Assembly: GCA_963662945.1 (NCBI GenBank)
Contig: OY759974.1
Location: 1,856,001 to 1,920,000, forward strand
Length of the DNA stretch: 64,000 bases
Reading direction: 5' to 3'
From: Arcobacteraceae bacterium
GTDB taxonomy: Bacteria > Campylobacterota > Campylobacteria > Campylobacterales > Arcobacteraceae
The notes beneath the pieces were generated by a model that made no database searches, was not told the DNA's origin, and worked only from the letters and a program-made list of their open reading frames with translations. A program made the translations under genes and the position numbers. Below, piece by piece: positions 22,232-31,800 of the stretch (position 1 is its first letter; each line of letters begins with the position of its first letter).

Positions 22232-22294
22232 ATGCAAAAACTAAACGAACTATCATTAAAACAAAGAAAAGAGCTATTTAGGCAAATTGTCTAA
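22232..22294 (+). CDS. putative 20-aa small ORF ending inside the attC R'' box
   Basis: AGGAG 22219-22223, ATG 22232, MQKLNELSLKQRKELFRQIV*, stop TAA within GTCTAAC. Confidence 0.35.
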   Translation: MQKLNELSLKQRKELFRQIV

Positions 22295-22343
22295 CAAGTC
22301 CTAGCAGTGAACGCAAAAGCGTCACTGAATTTAACCGTTATAA
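22289..22343 (+). other. integron attC recombination site (55 bp)
   Basis: R'' GTCTAAC, 5 nt, L'' CTAGCAGT, GAACGC AAAA GCGTC, L' ACTGAAT, 6 nt, R' GTTATAA; two unpaired extra bases at the canonical positions. Confidence 0.82.
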
Positions 22344-22393
22344 TTGTCTCAAAAAAATATTTAATAAATCCAGTTTTTTTAGTCTCCTCTTCT

Positions 22394-22430
22394 CCTCGCT
22401 CCCATCGTCCCAGATAGGAGCGAGGGATAC
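22394..22430. repeat. GC-rich REP-like palindrome
   Basis: CCTCGCTCC-C-ATC loop GTCCCA GAT-A-GGAGCGAGG then GATAC (GTAT 5' of the stem on the minus strand). Confidence 0.55.
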
Positions 22431-22498
22431 TTTTTTAAGTTTAAACTATATATATCGTTTTGTTAAAATGATATATAAGTTAATTATAGGAGTTCATT

Positions 22499-22756
22499 AT
22501 GCAAACAATAGCAGTACAAGTTCAAGATAATTATGTACAAAAATTTATGAGTTATGTTAATAATCATAGTGAAAATATCTCTATTTCAAAAGATAAAAAT
22601 TTAGAACAAGACCCATATTTTTATGAAAGACAAAAACAACTACAGCAAGATATTGAAGATATAGATAGTAGTAAAGCAGAAATGTTATCATCAGAACAAT
22701 TTGATAATGAAATGGATATTTTTTTCAAAGACTTAAAATTAGATGCAAATATCTAA
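22499..22756 (+). CDS. putative type II antitoxin, homologous to 28291..28545
   Basis: both start MQT and share DKNL..DPYFY.R.K.L; AGGAG RBS. Confidence 0.75.
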   Translation: MQTIAVQVQDNYVQKFMSYVNNHSENISISKDKNLEQDPYFYERQKQLQQDIEDIDSSKAEMLSSEQFDNEMDIFFKDLKLDANI

Positions 22757-22793
22757 ACTAAGAAGATATAAAAACCAATTAACAATTATTTGA
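22743..22793 (+). pseudogene. truncated RelE/ParE-like toxin remnant (16 codons)
   Basis: ATG overlaps the antitoxin end; MQISKLRRYKNQLTII* resembles the N-terminus MSIIESLQFKDELRKI of the toxin at 28542. Confidence 0.5.
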
Positions 22794-22797
22794 AAAT

Positions 22798-22830
22798 AAA
22801 AAAGGGAGAGTAAAACTACTCTCCCTTTTT
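22798..22830. terminator. bidirectional intrinsic terminator downstream of dnaK
   Basis: A-run GGGAGAGTA AAAC TACTCTCCC T-run. Confidence 0.85.
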
Positions 22831-22850
22831 GCTAGTTGTGAAGTTAAATA

Positions 22851-24746
22851 TTACTCAACTTCTGCATCAATGATGTCGTCATCATCCTTTTTCTTCTTAG
22901 CATCAGCTTGACCTACACCAGCAGCACCAGCGTCTCCACCTTCTTTTTTGTACATAGCTTCAGCAAGTTTATGACTAACTTCTGTTAAAGCTTTTAATTT
23001 CTCTTCAATTTGCTCTTTTGAAGCATTTTCATCTTTTAGAACTTCTTCTAAAGCAGCAGCAGCATCTACGATTTTTTTCTCTTCATCTTCACTTACTACA
23101 CCTTTATTTTCTTCTAAAGATTTTTTAGTTGAGTGAAGCATGGCTTCTGCTTGGTTTTTAGTTTCAATTAACTCTTTTTTCTTAGCATCTGCTTCTTTGT
23201 TCGCTTCTGCTTCTTGTACCATTTTTTCGATCTCATCATCACTTAATCCAGACGAACCAGAGATTGTGATTTTGTTCTCTTTTCCAGTACCTTTATCTTT
23301 TGCAGATACATTTAAAACACCATTTGCATCGATATCAAATGTTACTTCAATTTGAGGTACACCTCTTGGAGCTGCTGGGATGTCAGATAGTTCAAATGTT
23401 CCAAGAACTTTATTATCTTTTGCGAACTCTCTCTCACCTTGACCAACCATAATTGAAACAGCTGGTTGATTATCTTGAGCTGTTGAGAAAACTTGAGATT
23501 TTTTAACTGGGATTGTTGTCCCTTTCTCAATAAGTTTAGTCATAACTCCACCTAAAGTTTCAATACCTAAAGATAGTGGTGTAACATCAAGTAAAAGTAC
23601 ATCTTTAACATCACCTGTTAAAACTCCACCTTGAATAGCTGCCCCTGCTGCAACAACTTCATCTGGATTTACAGAGTTATTTAACTCTTTTCCAAAGTAC
23701 TCTTTTACTACTTGTTGTGCTTTAGGGATTCTTGTACTTCCTCCAACCATAATAACTTCGTTGATTTCATTTTTCTCTAAACCAGCATCTTTCATAGCTA
23801 CTTTGATGTGTTGTAAAGTTTCTGCAATTAAATCTTCAGTCATAGCATCAAATTTTGCTCTTGTTAATGTTTTAACTAAGTGTTTTGGTCCTGTTGCATC
23901 AGCTGTGATAAATGGTAAGTTTATCTCTGTTTCATTTGTAGCACTTAACTCTTTTTTCGCTTTTTCAGCTTCATCTTTAAGTCTTTGGTGTGCCATTTTA
24001 TCAGTTGTTAAATCTATTCCATGCTCAGCTTTGAACTCATCTGCTAACCATTTGATGATTCTGTTATCAAAGTCATCTCCACCTAAGAATGCATTTCCAT
24101 CTGTTGAAAGAACTTCAAATGTACCATCACCGATTTCAAGAACAGTAACGTCAAATGTTCCCCCACCTAAATCGTAAACTACAACTTTCTCTTCACCTTT
24201 TTTATCTAAACCGTATGCTAGTGAAGCTGCTGTTGGTTCGTTGATAATTCTTAATACATTTAAACCTGCGATTGTTCCTGCTTCTTGTGTTGCTTTTCTT
24301 TGTGCATCGTTGAAGTATGCTGGAACTGTAATAACTGCATCAGTTACAGTTTGTCCAAGATAACTTTCTGCATCTGATTTTAATTTTCCAAGAATTTTTG
24401 CTGAAATTTCTTGAGGAGTATATACTTTTCCTGCAATCTCAACAGCTGCTGCTCCATTTCTATTTACTATTTTGTATCCAACTTTATCCATAGCATCTTT
24501 TGCATGCTCTTCATCCATCATAAGACCCATAATTCTCTTAATAGAGTAGATTGTTTTTTCTGGATTTGTGATAGCTTGTCTTTTTGCTGGATCACCAACT
24601 AAAACTTCACCTTTATCTGTAAAAGCAACTACTGAAGGAGTTGTATTTTTCCCCTCTTTATTTGCTATAATTTTTGCTGCTCCACCTTCGTAAACTGCCA
24701 CACAACTATTTGTTGTTCCTAAGTCAATTCCTATTGTTGCTCCCAT
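22851..24746 (-). CDS. dnaK: chaperone DnaK
   Basis: [41 protein letters not shown]. Confidence 0.99.
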   Translation of the reverse strand: MGATIGIDLGTTNSCVAVYEGGAAKIIANKEGKNTTPSVVAFTDKGEVLVGDPAKRQAITNPEKTIYSIKRIMGLMMDEEHAKDAMDKVGYKIVNRNGAAAVEIAGKVYTPQEISAKILGKLKSDAESYLGQTVTDAVITVPAYFNDAQRKATQEAGTIAGLNVLRIINEPTAASLAYGLDKKGEEKVVVYDLGGGTFDVTVLEIGDGTFEVLSTDGNAFLGGDDFDNRIIKWLADEFKAEHGIDLTTDKMAHQRLKDEAEKAKKELSATNETEINLPFITADATGPKHLVKTLTRAKFDAMTEDLIAETLQHIKVAMKDAGLEKNEINEVIMVGGSTRIPKAQQVVKEYFGKELNNSVNPDEVVAAGAAIQGGVLTGDVKDVLLLDVTPLSLGIETLGGVMTKLIEKGTTIPVKKSQVFSTAQDNQPAVSIMVGQGEREFAKDNKVLGTFELSDIPAAPRGVPQIEVTFDIDANGVLNVSAKDKGTGKENKITISGSSGLSDDEIEKMVQEAEANKEADAKKKELIETKNQAEAMLHSTKKSLEENKGVVSEDEEKKIVDAAAALEEVLKDENASKEQIEEKLKALTEVSHKLAEAMYKKEGGDAGAAGVGQADAKKKKDDDDIIDAEVE

Positions 24747-24828
24747 AATGTCATCCTTTTTTATTATTTTATTTTTATTAATTTTAAATTTTATATTTGA
24801 AATAGTTTATGGACGTTACGGTCACATC

Positions 24829-25425
24829 TTATTTACTACAGATACTTACCATTGCTGGTCGTAATAATCTGTCTTTATACATATACCCTTTTTGCATCAC
24901 TTGTACAATCTGACCATTTTCATGGTTTTCACTTTGTACTTGCATCACTGCATTGTGTACTTGAGGATCAAATTCATCTGTTTCAACTACACTTATATCG
25001 TGTTTTTCAAAGGTTGTCATAACATTTTTAATTGTTAGTTCAATTCCTTCTTTTAGTTTTTCAATTAACTCATCAGAACTACCATCTGTAGTTGCACTTT
25101 GTAAAGCCATTTCTAATGTATCAATTGTTGAAAGTAAATCTTTTGCAAACTTTTCACTTGCATAATCAATCGCTTGATATTTTTCTTTTTCTAATCTTTT
25201 TTTAATATTGTCAAAATCAGCATGTGTTCTTAAAAACTTATCTTCAGCTTCTTTAGCTCTATTTTCAGCTTCTTGAACTTTTGCTTCCATTTTTGCTTTA
25301 AATTCTTCATCTAAAGATGCGAATTTTTGTTCATCATCTACTACAACTTCTTCAGCTGGAGTTTCTGTTACAACTTCTTCTTGCGTTTCTACAATCTCTT
25401 CATTATTGTTTGTATCTTTACTCAT
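24829..25425 (-). CDS. grpE: nucleotide exchange factor GrpE
   Basis: ADFDNIKKR, FDPQVHNA, QKGY...RLLRPAMV. Confidence 0.97.
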   Translation of the reverse strand: MSKDTNNNEEIVETQEEVVTETPAEEVVVDDEQKFASLDEEFKAKMEAKVQEAENRAKEAEDKFLRTHADFDNIKKRLEKEKYQAIDYASEKFAKDLLSTIDTLEMALQSATTDGSSDELIEKLKEGIELTIKNVMTTFEKHDISVVETDEFDPQVHNAVMQVQSENHENGQIVQVMQKGYMYKDRLLRPAMVSICSK

Positions 25426-26228
25426 TACATAATTCCTTTATAAAAATATTCATAATCTTTTGACAATTCACCTATAACTAACATTTTATATCTTCTATTA
25501 TTTATAACTGTATCATGTGCTATACCCATATAATTGTGTGGTAAAACTTGATTTAATCCAACTTCACCTTTAAAATAGATACCATTTTCAAGTCTATCCA
25601 TCACATTTCCATTTAGAAATCTATTGATATAGAGCTCTTCAAGATCGAAATCAACACAAAGTTTTAAAAACTCTTTGATATTGATAATTTCAAAATCTTT
25701 GTTAAAAAGATATTTATTGAGTTCTGTGTATAAATCAGTTGCACCAACTTGTTTTGATACCTCAAGAACATTTATAGCTTCTAAACCACACATATCATTT
25801 AAAAACTTGTGAAGCGGTCCGTTATATTTAATAGTTATAGAAAAAGAACTAAATTCTAGTAGTAAATAAAGATTTTCAATATTTAAAACTCTATTTAAAA
25901 CTTGAGTTTGTTGCTCTTTTAAAAATACTGTCAATCCTATCTGTTTTGAGAGGATTATAAGTTTATCATAGTTAATCGAATCAAGATTTATGTGTAATCT
26001 ATTAGCCCAGTACTCTTTAAGTGCTTCAGTTGTAGGTGTTCGCCCACTACTTGCATGCTCTTGAGCAAGATAACCTTCATCTCCTAACTTTTTAAAGTAA
26101 CCTCTAATTGTAGCTGGAGAGTAAGCTATATCATACATAGATTTTAATTGTCCAGAACCAATCGGTTCAAGGTGTTCTATGTATGCTCTAATAATAGAAT
26201 CTAATAAAAACTCTTTTTTATCAACCAT
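25425..26228 (-). CDS. hrcA: heat-inducible repressor HrcA
   Basis: EPIGS, SPATIR, QEHASSGRTPT; first gene of hrcA-grpE-dnaK. Confidence 0.92.
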   Translation of the reverse strand: MVDKKEFLLDSIIRAYIEHLEPIGSGQLKSMYDIAYSPATIRGYFKKLGDEGYLAQEHASSGRTPTTEALKEYWANRLHINLDSINYDKLIILSKQIGLTVFLKEQQTQVLNRVLNIENLYLLLEFSSFSITIKYNGPLHKFLNDMCGLEAINVLEVSKQVGATDLYTELNKYLFNKDFEIINIKEFLKLCVDFDLEELYINRFLNGNVMDRLENGIYFKGEVGLNQVLPHNYMGIAHDTVINNRRYKMLVIGELSKDYEYFYKGIM

Positions 26229-26253
26229 TTATTTATAACTACTTTTCTTTAAT

Positions 26254-26280
26254 TTGGCACTTCAAATATATGAGTGCTAA
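26254..26280. promoter_or_regulatory. CIRCE element 1 (HrcA operator)
   Basis: TTGGCACTT-N9-GAGTGCTAA versus consensus TTAGCACTC-N9-GAGTGCTAA. Confidence 0.85.
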
Positions 26281-26284
26281 TAAA

Positions 26285-26314
26285 ATTATAGCAAATGAGT
26301 GAGTAAATGTCAAG
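26285..26314 (-). promoter_or_regulatory. sigma70 promoter of hrcA-grpE-dnaK overlapped by a HAIR-like (HspR) site
   Basis: minus strand TTGACA (26313-26308), 17 nt, TGc-TATAAT (26290-26285); CTTGACA-N7-ACTCATT resembles CTTGAGT-N7-ACTCAAG. Confidence 0.8.
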
Positions 26315-26338
26315 TATAAAAATAAAAAAAATAAAAAT

Positions 26339-26365
26339 TTAGCAAATAAATACAAAGAGTGCTAA
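26339..26365. promoter_or_regulatory. CIRCE element 2
   Basis: TTAGCAAAT-N9-GAGTGCTAA. Confidence 0.75.
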
Positions 26366-26427
26366 TTTTATGATTTGTAGTTTTAAAAAAAAAGGGATAT
26401 TTTATAATCTATACTATACAATTACAC

Positions 26428-28248
26428 ATGACTTTTTTATACCCTGAAGTATTTTATATGATGCTAATACCACTTATATTGTTAATAGTATTAGTTCTTA
26501 CATCAAAAAACACAATGGAGAAGTATTTTTCAAAAGATATTTTGGAAAAGTTAAGTGTTGGTGGAAAAACTTTAGATAAAAATACAAGAAATGGATTGCT
26601 TTTTTTTACTTTGATACTTTTTATTGTAGCACTTGGGAGACCTGTAGTAAATCAAAAAGAGCAAGATATAAAACAAAAACTAATCCCTATTGTTGTAGCA
26701 CTTGATGTTTCAACATCTATGATGGCAACAGATATTTATCCAAATCGTATCTCTCTTGCTAAAGAAAAACTCAAACAAATTATAGCTTTGAGCCAAAATA
26801 CAACTATAGGAGTTCTTCTGTTTGCAAAAGATTCTTTTGTTTTAAGTCCTGTAACTGAAGATTTTATTTCACTAAATTATATCGTTAAAAATCTTGAGAC
26901 AAATTTGAATTTTCCAAATGGTTCAAATGTTTTTGCAACTTTAGATGCTACAAATTATATGCTTGAAGATTTTGCTGTGAAAAATCTTATTATTTTAAGT
27001 GATGGGGGAAATAGTAATGATTATAAAGATGAAATATCTTATGCAAAGAGTAAAAATATAGCAGTCTATACCATAGGAATTGCTACAAAAAAAGGTGCTG
27101 TTATACCAAAAAAAGAGGGTGGCTATCTTACAGATAAAGATGGAAATATAGTCACAGTAACTCTTAATGAATCTATAAAAAAATTAGCTTTAGAAACAAA
27201 TGGTGGATATGTGGATTTTAGTTTGGATAATAGTGATGTAAAAGCAATAATTGAGCGAATCAATACACAATCACAAAAAGAGGAATTGTCAGTTCAAAAG
27301 TTTAAAACATATACAGAGCTTTTTTATTATCCATTAGGTTTGGGATTGTTTTTTTTATTGCTTGCTTTAACTTCTGTACCAACAAATCTATTCAAAAAAA
27401 ATATAGCAGTATTTCTTTTAATAGGATTGTATTGTTTCCCTTCAAAAGTTGATGCGGATATTTTTAATTTTCAAACTATAGAGAAAGCGAATCAATTCTA
27501 TAAAGATAAAAAATATAATGAAGCTAGTAATGAATATAGAAAATTACCTACAACTGCTCAAAGTTTTTATAATTTAGGTGATGCACTTTATAAAGAGAAA
27601 AAATACCAAGAAGCACTGGATACATATTCAAAAGTTGTAACAGAAGATACAGAGTTAGAGAGAAAAAAACTTCATAATATGGGAAATAGCTATGTAAAGC
27701 TGAATGATTTACAAAAAGCAAAAGAGTTTTATGAAAAATCTTTAAAAATAAAAGAAGATAAAGAAACAAGAGAAAATCTTGATATTGTGAATAAAGAATT
27801 AGAAAACCAAAAAGAACAAAATAAACAGCAAAACAAAGACAATAAAGATAATAAAAATCAAGATAACAAAAACAAACAAGATGAACAAAAAGAAAATAAT
27901 CAAGAGAATAAGAAAGAGAATCAAGAAAACCAACAAAAGAATCAGCAAAATAAAGATCAACAAAACCAAGATAGTAAAAATCAAAAAGATCAAGACAAGC
28001 AAGAAAAACAAAATAAGCAACAACAAGATAAACAAGAAAAAAATAAAAATGATAAAAAACAAGAATCTCAATCTAATCAAATGGCAAATCAAACACAAGA
28101 GAATCAATCTGATTTAAAAAAAGAAGAGATATCCCAAATGGAAGAAAAAAAATGGATGGAACAGTTAGAAAAAGAAACTACACCAATACTTCTAAGAAAA
28201 GCAAATACACAAAAAGAGAGTAAAATAGATGATGCAAAACCTTGGTAA
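26428..28248 (+). CDS. VWA + TPR protein (BatB/BatC-like fusion)
   Basis: MIDAS DVSTS, IILSDGG, TPRs (FYNLGDALYK, LHNMGNSYVK), Q/N/K-rich tail, C-terminal KPW. Confidence 0.88.
   Translation: MTFLYPEVFYMMLIPLILLIVLVLTSKNTMEKYFSKDILEKLSVGGKTLDKNTRNGLLFFTLILFIVALGRPVVNQKEQDIKQKLIPIVVALDVSTSMMATDIYPNRISLAKEKLKQIIALSQNTTIGVLLFAKDSFVLSPVTEDFISLNYIVKNLETNLNFPNGSNVFATLDATNYMLEDFAVKNLIILSDGGNSNDYKDEISYAKSKNIAVYTIGIATKKGAVIPKKEGGYLTDKDGNIVTVTLNESIKKLALETNGGYVDFSLDNSDVKAIIERINTQSQKEELSVQKFKTYTELFYYPLGLGLFFLLLALTSVPTNLFKKNIAVFLLIGLYCFPSKVDADIFNFQTIEKANQFYKDKKYNEASNEYRKLPTTAQSFYNLGDALYKEKKYQEALDTYSKVVTEDTELERKKLHNMGNSYVKLNDLQKAKEFYEKSLKIKEDKETRENLDIVNKELENQKEQNKQQNKDNKDNKNQDNKNKQDEQKENNQENKKENQENQQKNQQNKDQQNQDSKNQKDQDKQEKQNKQQQDKQEKNKNDKKQESQSNQMANQTQENQSDLKKEEISQMEEKKWMEQLEKETTPILLRKANTQKESKIDDAKPW
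27800..28110 (+). repeat. low-complexity Q/N/K/D/E coding linker
   Basis: imperfect CAAGATAA/AATCAA/AACAA repeats encoding QNKDNKDNKNQ... Confidence 0.7.
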
Positions 28249-28290
28249 AGAATTATGTTATAATATAACAATATTGGATAAGGAGTTTTT

Positions 28291-28545
28291 ATGCAAACGT
28301 TACAGTTAGATATTGAAGATAATAAGGTTGATATAGTTTTAAATTTAATTAAAAATTTAAAAGAGGGTATTGTAACAAATTATACATTGGTACCATCTAG
28401 TGATAAAAATTTAGCGGAAGACCCATATTTTTATCAAAGAAAAAAAGAGTTACATCAATTGAGAGATGATATACAAAATGGCAAAATAGAAACTTATGAC
28501 TTTAATCAATCAATGGATGAACTAATTAAGGAACTTGAAGCTTGA
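28291..28545 (+). CDS. putative type II antitoxin
   Basis: small acidic protein overlapping the toxin; AAGGAG RBS; TGTTATAAT at 28256-28264. Confidence 0.8.
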   Translation: MQTLQLDIEDNKVDIVLNLIKNLKEGIVTNYTLVPSSDKNLAEDPYFYQRKKELHQLRDDIQNGKIETYDFNQSMDELIKELEA

Positions 28546-28838
28546 GTATTATTGAATCTTTACAATTTAAAGATGAATTAAGAAAAATAGCACTTTATAT
28601 TAAACGAGATAAAAAGAGTGCAGCAGTTAAATTTGTGACTAATTTAAAAGAACAAATTAATAATCTTACAACTTCTCCCTACAAATATAGAAAGTCTGTC
28701 TATTTTGATGATGATAATATTAGAGATATGACATATTATGGATATACAATTATTTATGAGATAAAAGATGATAATACAATTATAATTTTTACAATATTCA
28801 ATAAAAACTTACCTAAAATATCTCAAATACAGGAATAA
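28542..28838 (+). CDS. RelE/ParE family toxin
   Basis: F..EL..I..YIK.D...AA..F...L...I..L...P..YRKS.YFDD..IRD...GYTIIY.I pattern. Confidence 0.85.
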   Translation: MSIIESLQFKDELRKIALYIKRDKKSAAVKFVTNLKEQINNLTTSPYKYRKSVYFDDDNIRDMTYYGYTIIYEIKDDNTIIIFTIFNKNLPKISQIQE

Positions 28839-28844
28839 TATAAA

Positions 28845-31800
28845 GTGGATGATTTTATACCAAGATACTATATTGATAATACTACCAATGAGAAATATAC
28901 TTTTGATGAATTAATCTCTAAAAATAATATCTCAATAATACTTGGGGAACCAGCTTCTGGTAAAACTTTTCAGTTAGAAGAATATAAAAAGCAAAATAAT
29001 TATAGTAAATTAGTGGAATTACTTTTAATAGAATATGAAGAAGATATTACAAATGATATTGAAATAGTTTTATTTGATTCTATTGATGAGGCATTATCAA
29101 AAAATGATGGTGATAAAATATTAATAAAAAAGCTTTTAAAATACATAAAAACATCACTGCTAATTAATCCAAATGTTAAGTTTATAATAACGTGTCGATA
29201 TGTTGAGTGGAAAGAAATATTTGAAGAAAAATTAAAAGAGATAGATAACGAATTTAAAATATATTATATCCAAGAGTTATCAAATGATGATATAAATAAA
29301 TTGCTTATTCAATACAATATTAATCAAGATGAATTTTGGAACTTTATTGAAGAAAACTATCTTGAAGAGTTGTTAAAAAATATATTAATGATTATACATC
29401 TAATAAAAGATTTTGATAATTACAAAGGGCAACAACTAAAATATTTTGAAATATATGAAAAAATTATTATTAATCATTTAGCAATTAAAACAGATAATGA
29501 GAGAACAAAGGTACTGGATGTACTATCAAATGATGAAGTATTTAAAATACTTTCACTAATAGCTATATATATGACACTCAATAGACAAAGAGAAATAAAT
29601 ATAGAAAATATACTTAAACTTGGAACGGAACTATATAAATTAGATGGTATAGAGATAACAGGAGAAAAATTAAAACTTATATTTGATACATCGTTATTTA
29701 ATGGTAATATTAAAAATACAAGGTTTTTTCATAAGTCGATACAAGAGTATTTAAGTGCATATTTTATAAATATAAAAAAATTGGACTTGAAAACTATAAA
29801 AAATATTTTTGCCCATAAAGAGGGATTTTATGAAGAGTTTGAAGAGGTTATAATCTATCTTACAAATATGGAAGAGAGGTTTTTTTACCATTTTGTCGAG
29901 TTTGATCCCTTTATATTTAGAAGACATCCTTATTTAAATGAAAGTGAACAGAAAGCTTTATTGGTTTCTATGCTGAATATTCTTTCAACAAAAGATAGAT
30001 ATAAAGCATGGAATAGAAGAGAATACATACAAGATAGTTCTTTAACTAAATTTGATTTAATTGAGAAAATTAGCCAGATTGTATTAAATAATATTGATAT
30101 AAATAAAGTTACTAATGAACTTTTAAGATATTTAAAAAGCTTATTGAAGTTTAACTATGATAAAAAGCTGGAAGATATAATCTTTAAAATATTTGAAAAT
30201 TGTTTGGTAGATAAAAATAGTTGTATTAATTATATTAGCGTAAATAAAATTACTAATTTTGAATTTAATAAAAGATTGTTTGTCTTTATTAAAGATAATA
30301 ATTTGTTTTCTAAAGAAACTATCTCTTTGCAATTATTTATTTTTCAAATACTTTATAAAAAATTGGATTTTAAAGAGATATTTATTTTATTGTATAGATT
30401 TGATATGTATTCAGGACTTAGAATAATAAACAAGATAGATATTGAAGATATAGTTTTCCTGTTTAAGACAATTACAGAAAATTATGGAGTTTACAAAAAA
30501 AACTTTTTATCTAAGCAAGTAATCCATTTAATATTTTTAGTTTTACAAAATACAAGAGCATTAAGTGATAAAACTATCTTATATAATATTTTCGATTTTA
30601 TTGCATCAGAAAGAATATATTTAGGACATGACATTCATAGATACAAAGATAAAACTAAGGACTTTAATTTTGACGATATTAAAGATCAGTTTTGGAAATA
30701 TTATTTTAAACAAGATATAAATAGGCTATATAATAGAAGAGTTTTAAGTATTTTATCTTTTTATGAAATTTCACTAGTTGATATAAAAGATGTATCAACA
30801 ATATATCATATTGAGAAATATAAAGACCATTATATTTCTTTTCGTTCAATGATAGCCGATATAGATGATTTTCTTATGCAAAACATAGAATTTAAAAATC
30901 ATATGGAAGAGATATGGAAAAAACATGAAGAACAGGAAAAAGAATGGAGAAGGGAAGATGAAGAGTGGAAAAAGGAAATAGAAGAAAGGGATAAGAAAGC
31001 ATTACTTCAATTTGAAAAAGCAAAAGAGAAATTAAATACTATTGAAGATGTTTATATTATTTATGATTATATTGATTTTGATATAGAGAGTTTTGATGAG
31101 GAAGAAAATAATTATAGTTATATATTACAAAATGAATTAAAAGATAAATATATTGATTTTATGCAAATTATCAAAAATGAATTTATAAAGAATACTTCAT
31201 ATAAAACTATTAAATCAAAAGTATTAGAAAATGAATATAGTTCATTAAGTTATATTATAAACCTATATTTTAAAATTACTTCAGAAGAAGAAAGAAAAGA
31301 ATTAATAAATAATAGTATTGATTATGAAAAGTTTTTTTGGCATAAGTATAAACATGGAAGATTACATGATGGACACTTCATAGAAATTTCAAAACTTTTT
31401 CAAAATGATTTTATTAGATTAGTTTGTGAATTATTTGAATTAGCAATGATTCAAAGTGAAGGAAAATATACCAAAGTATGTGGTGACTTTATTTTTTTAT
31501 TTAAAGATTTAAGTATCTTTGATAAATATCATTTAAAATACTTATTAAATAAAATAAAATATATTGAGATAGATTATTTTAAATATATTGATGATTATGA
31601 AAAAAGATATTTATTAGAATTATTAGCTTTAGATGAAAATAATTATGAATTTATTAAAGAGTTATTGAAATCAGATTTAGGTAAATATGGTAACTATTTT
31701 GAGTCATTAATGCAAATTGATATAAATAAGGCAATCAATAATTATATGGATATTATATATCCTCAAGAAAATAAATATTTAAAATTTACTATACAAAAGA

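Larger units (their letters stand above)
20593..22343 (+). mobile_element. integron gene cassette (one cassette; no integrase in the window)
   Basis: begins at core GTTAGACAAT (20593-20602) and ends in an attC whose R'' side ATTGTCTAAC (22286-22295) is its exact 10-bp reverse complement. Confidence 0.8.

Noticed and set aside
27799-28117. alternative-frame ORFs and repeat-like DNA, possible CRISPR or tandem array
   Set aside because: Shadows of the Q/N/K-rich linker; no constant repeat with unique spacers.
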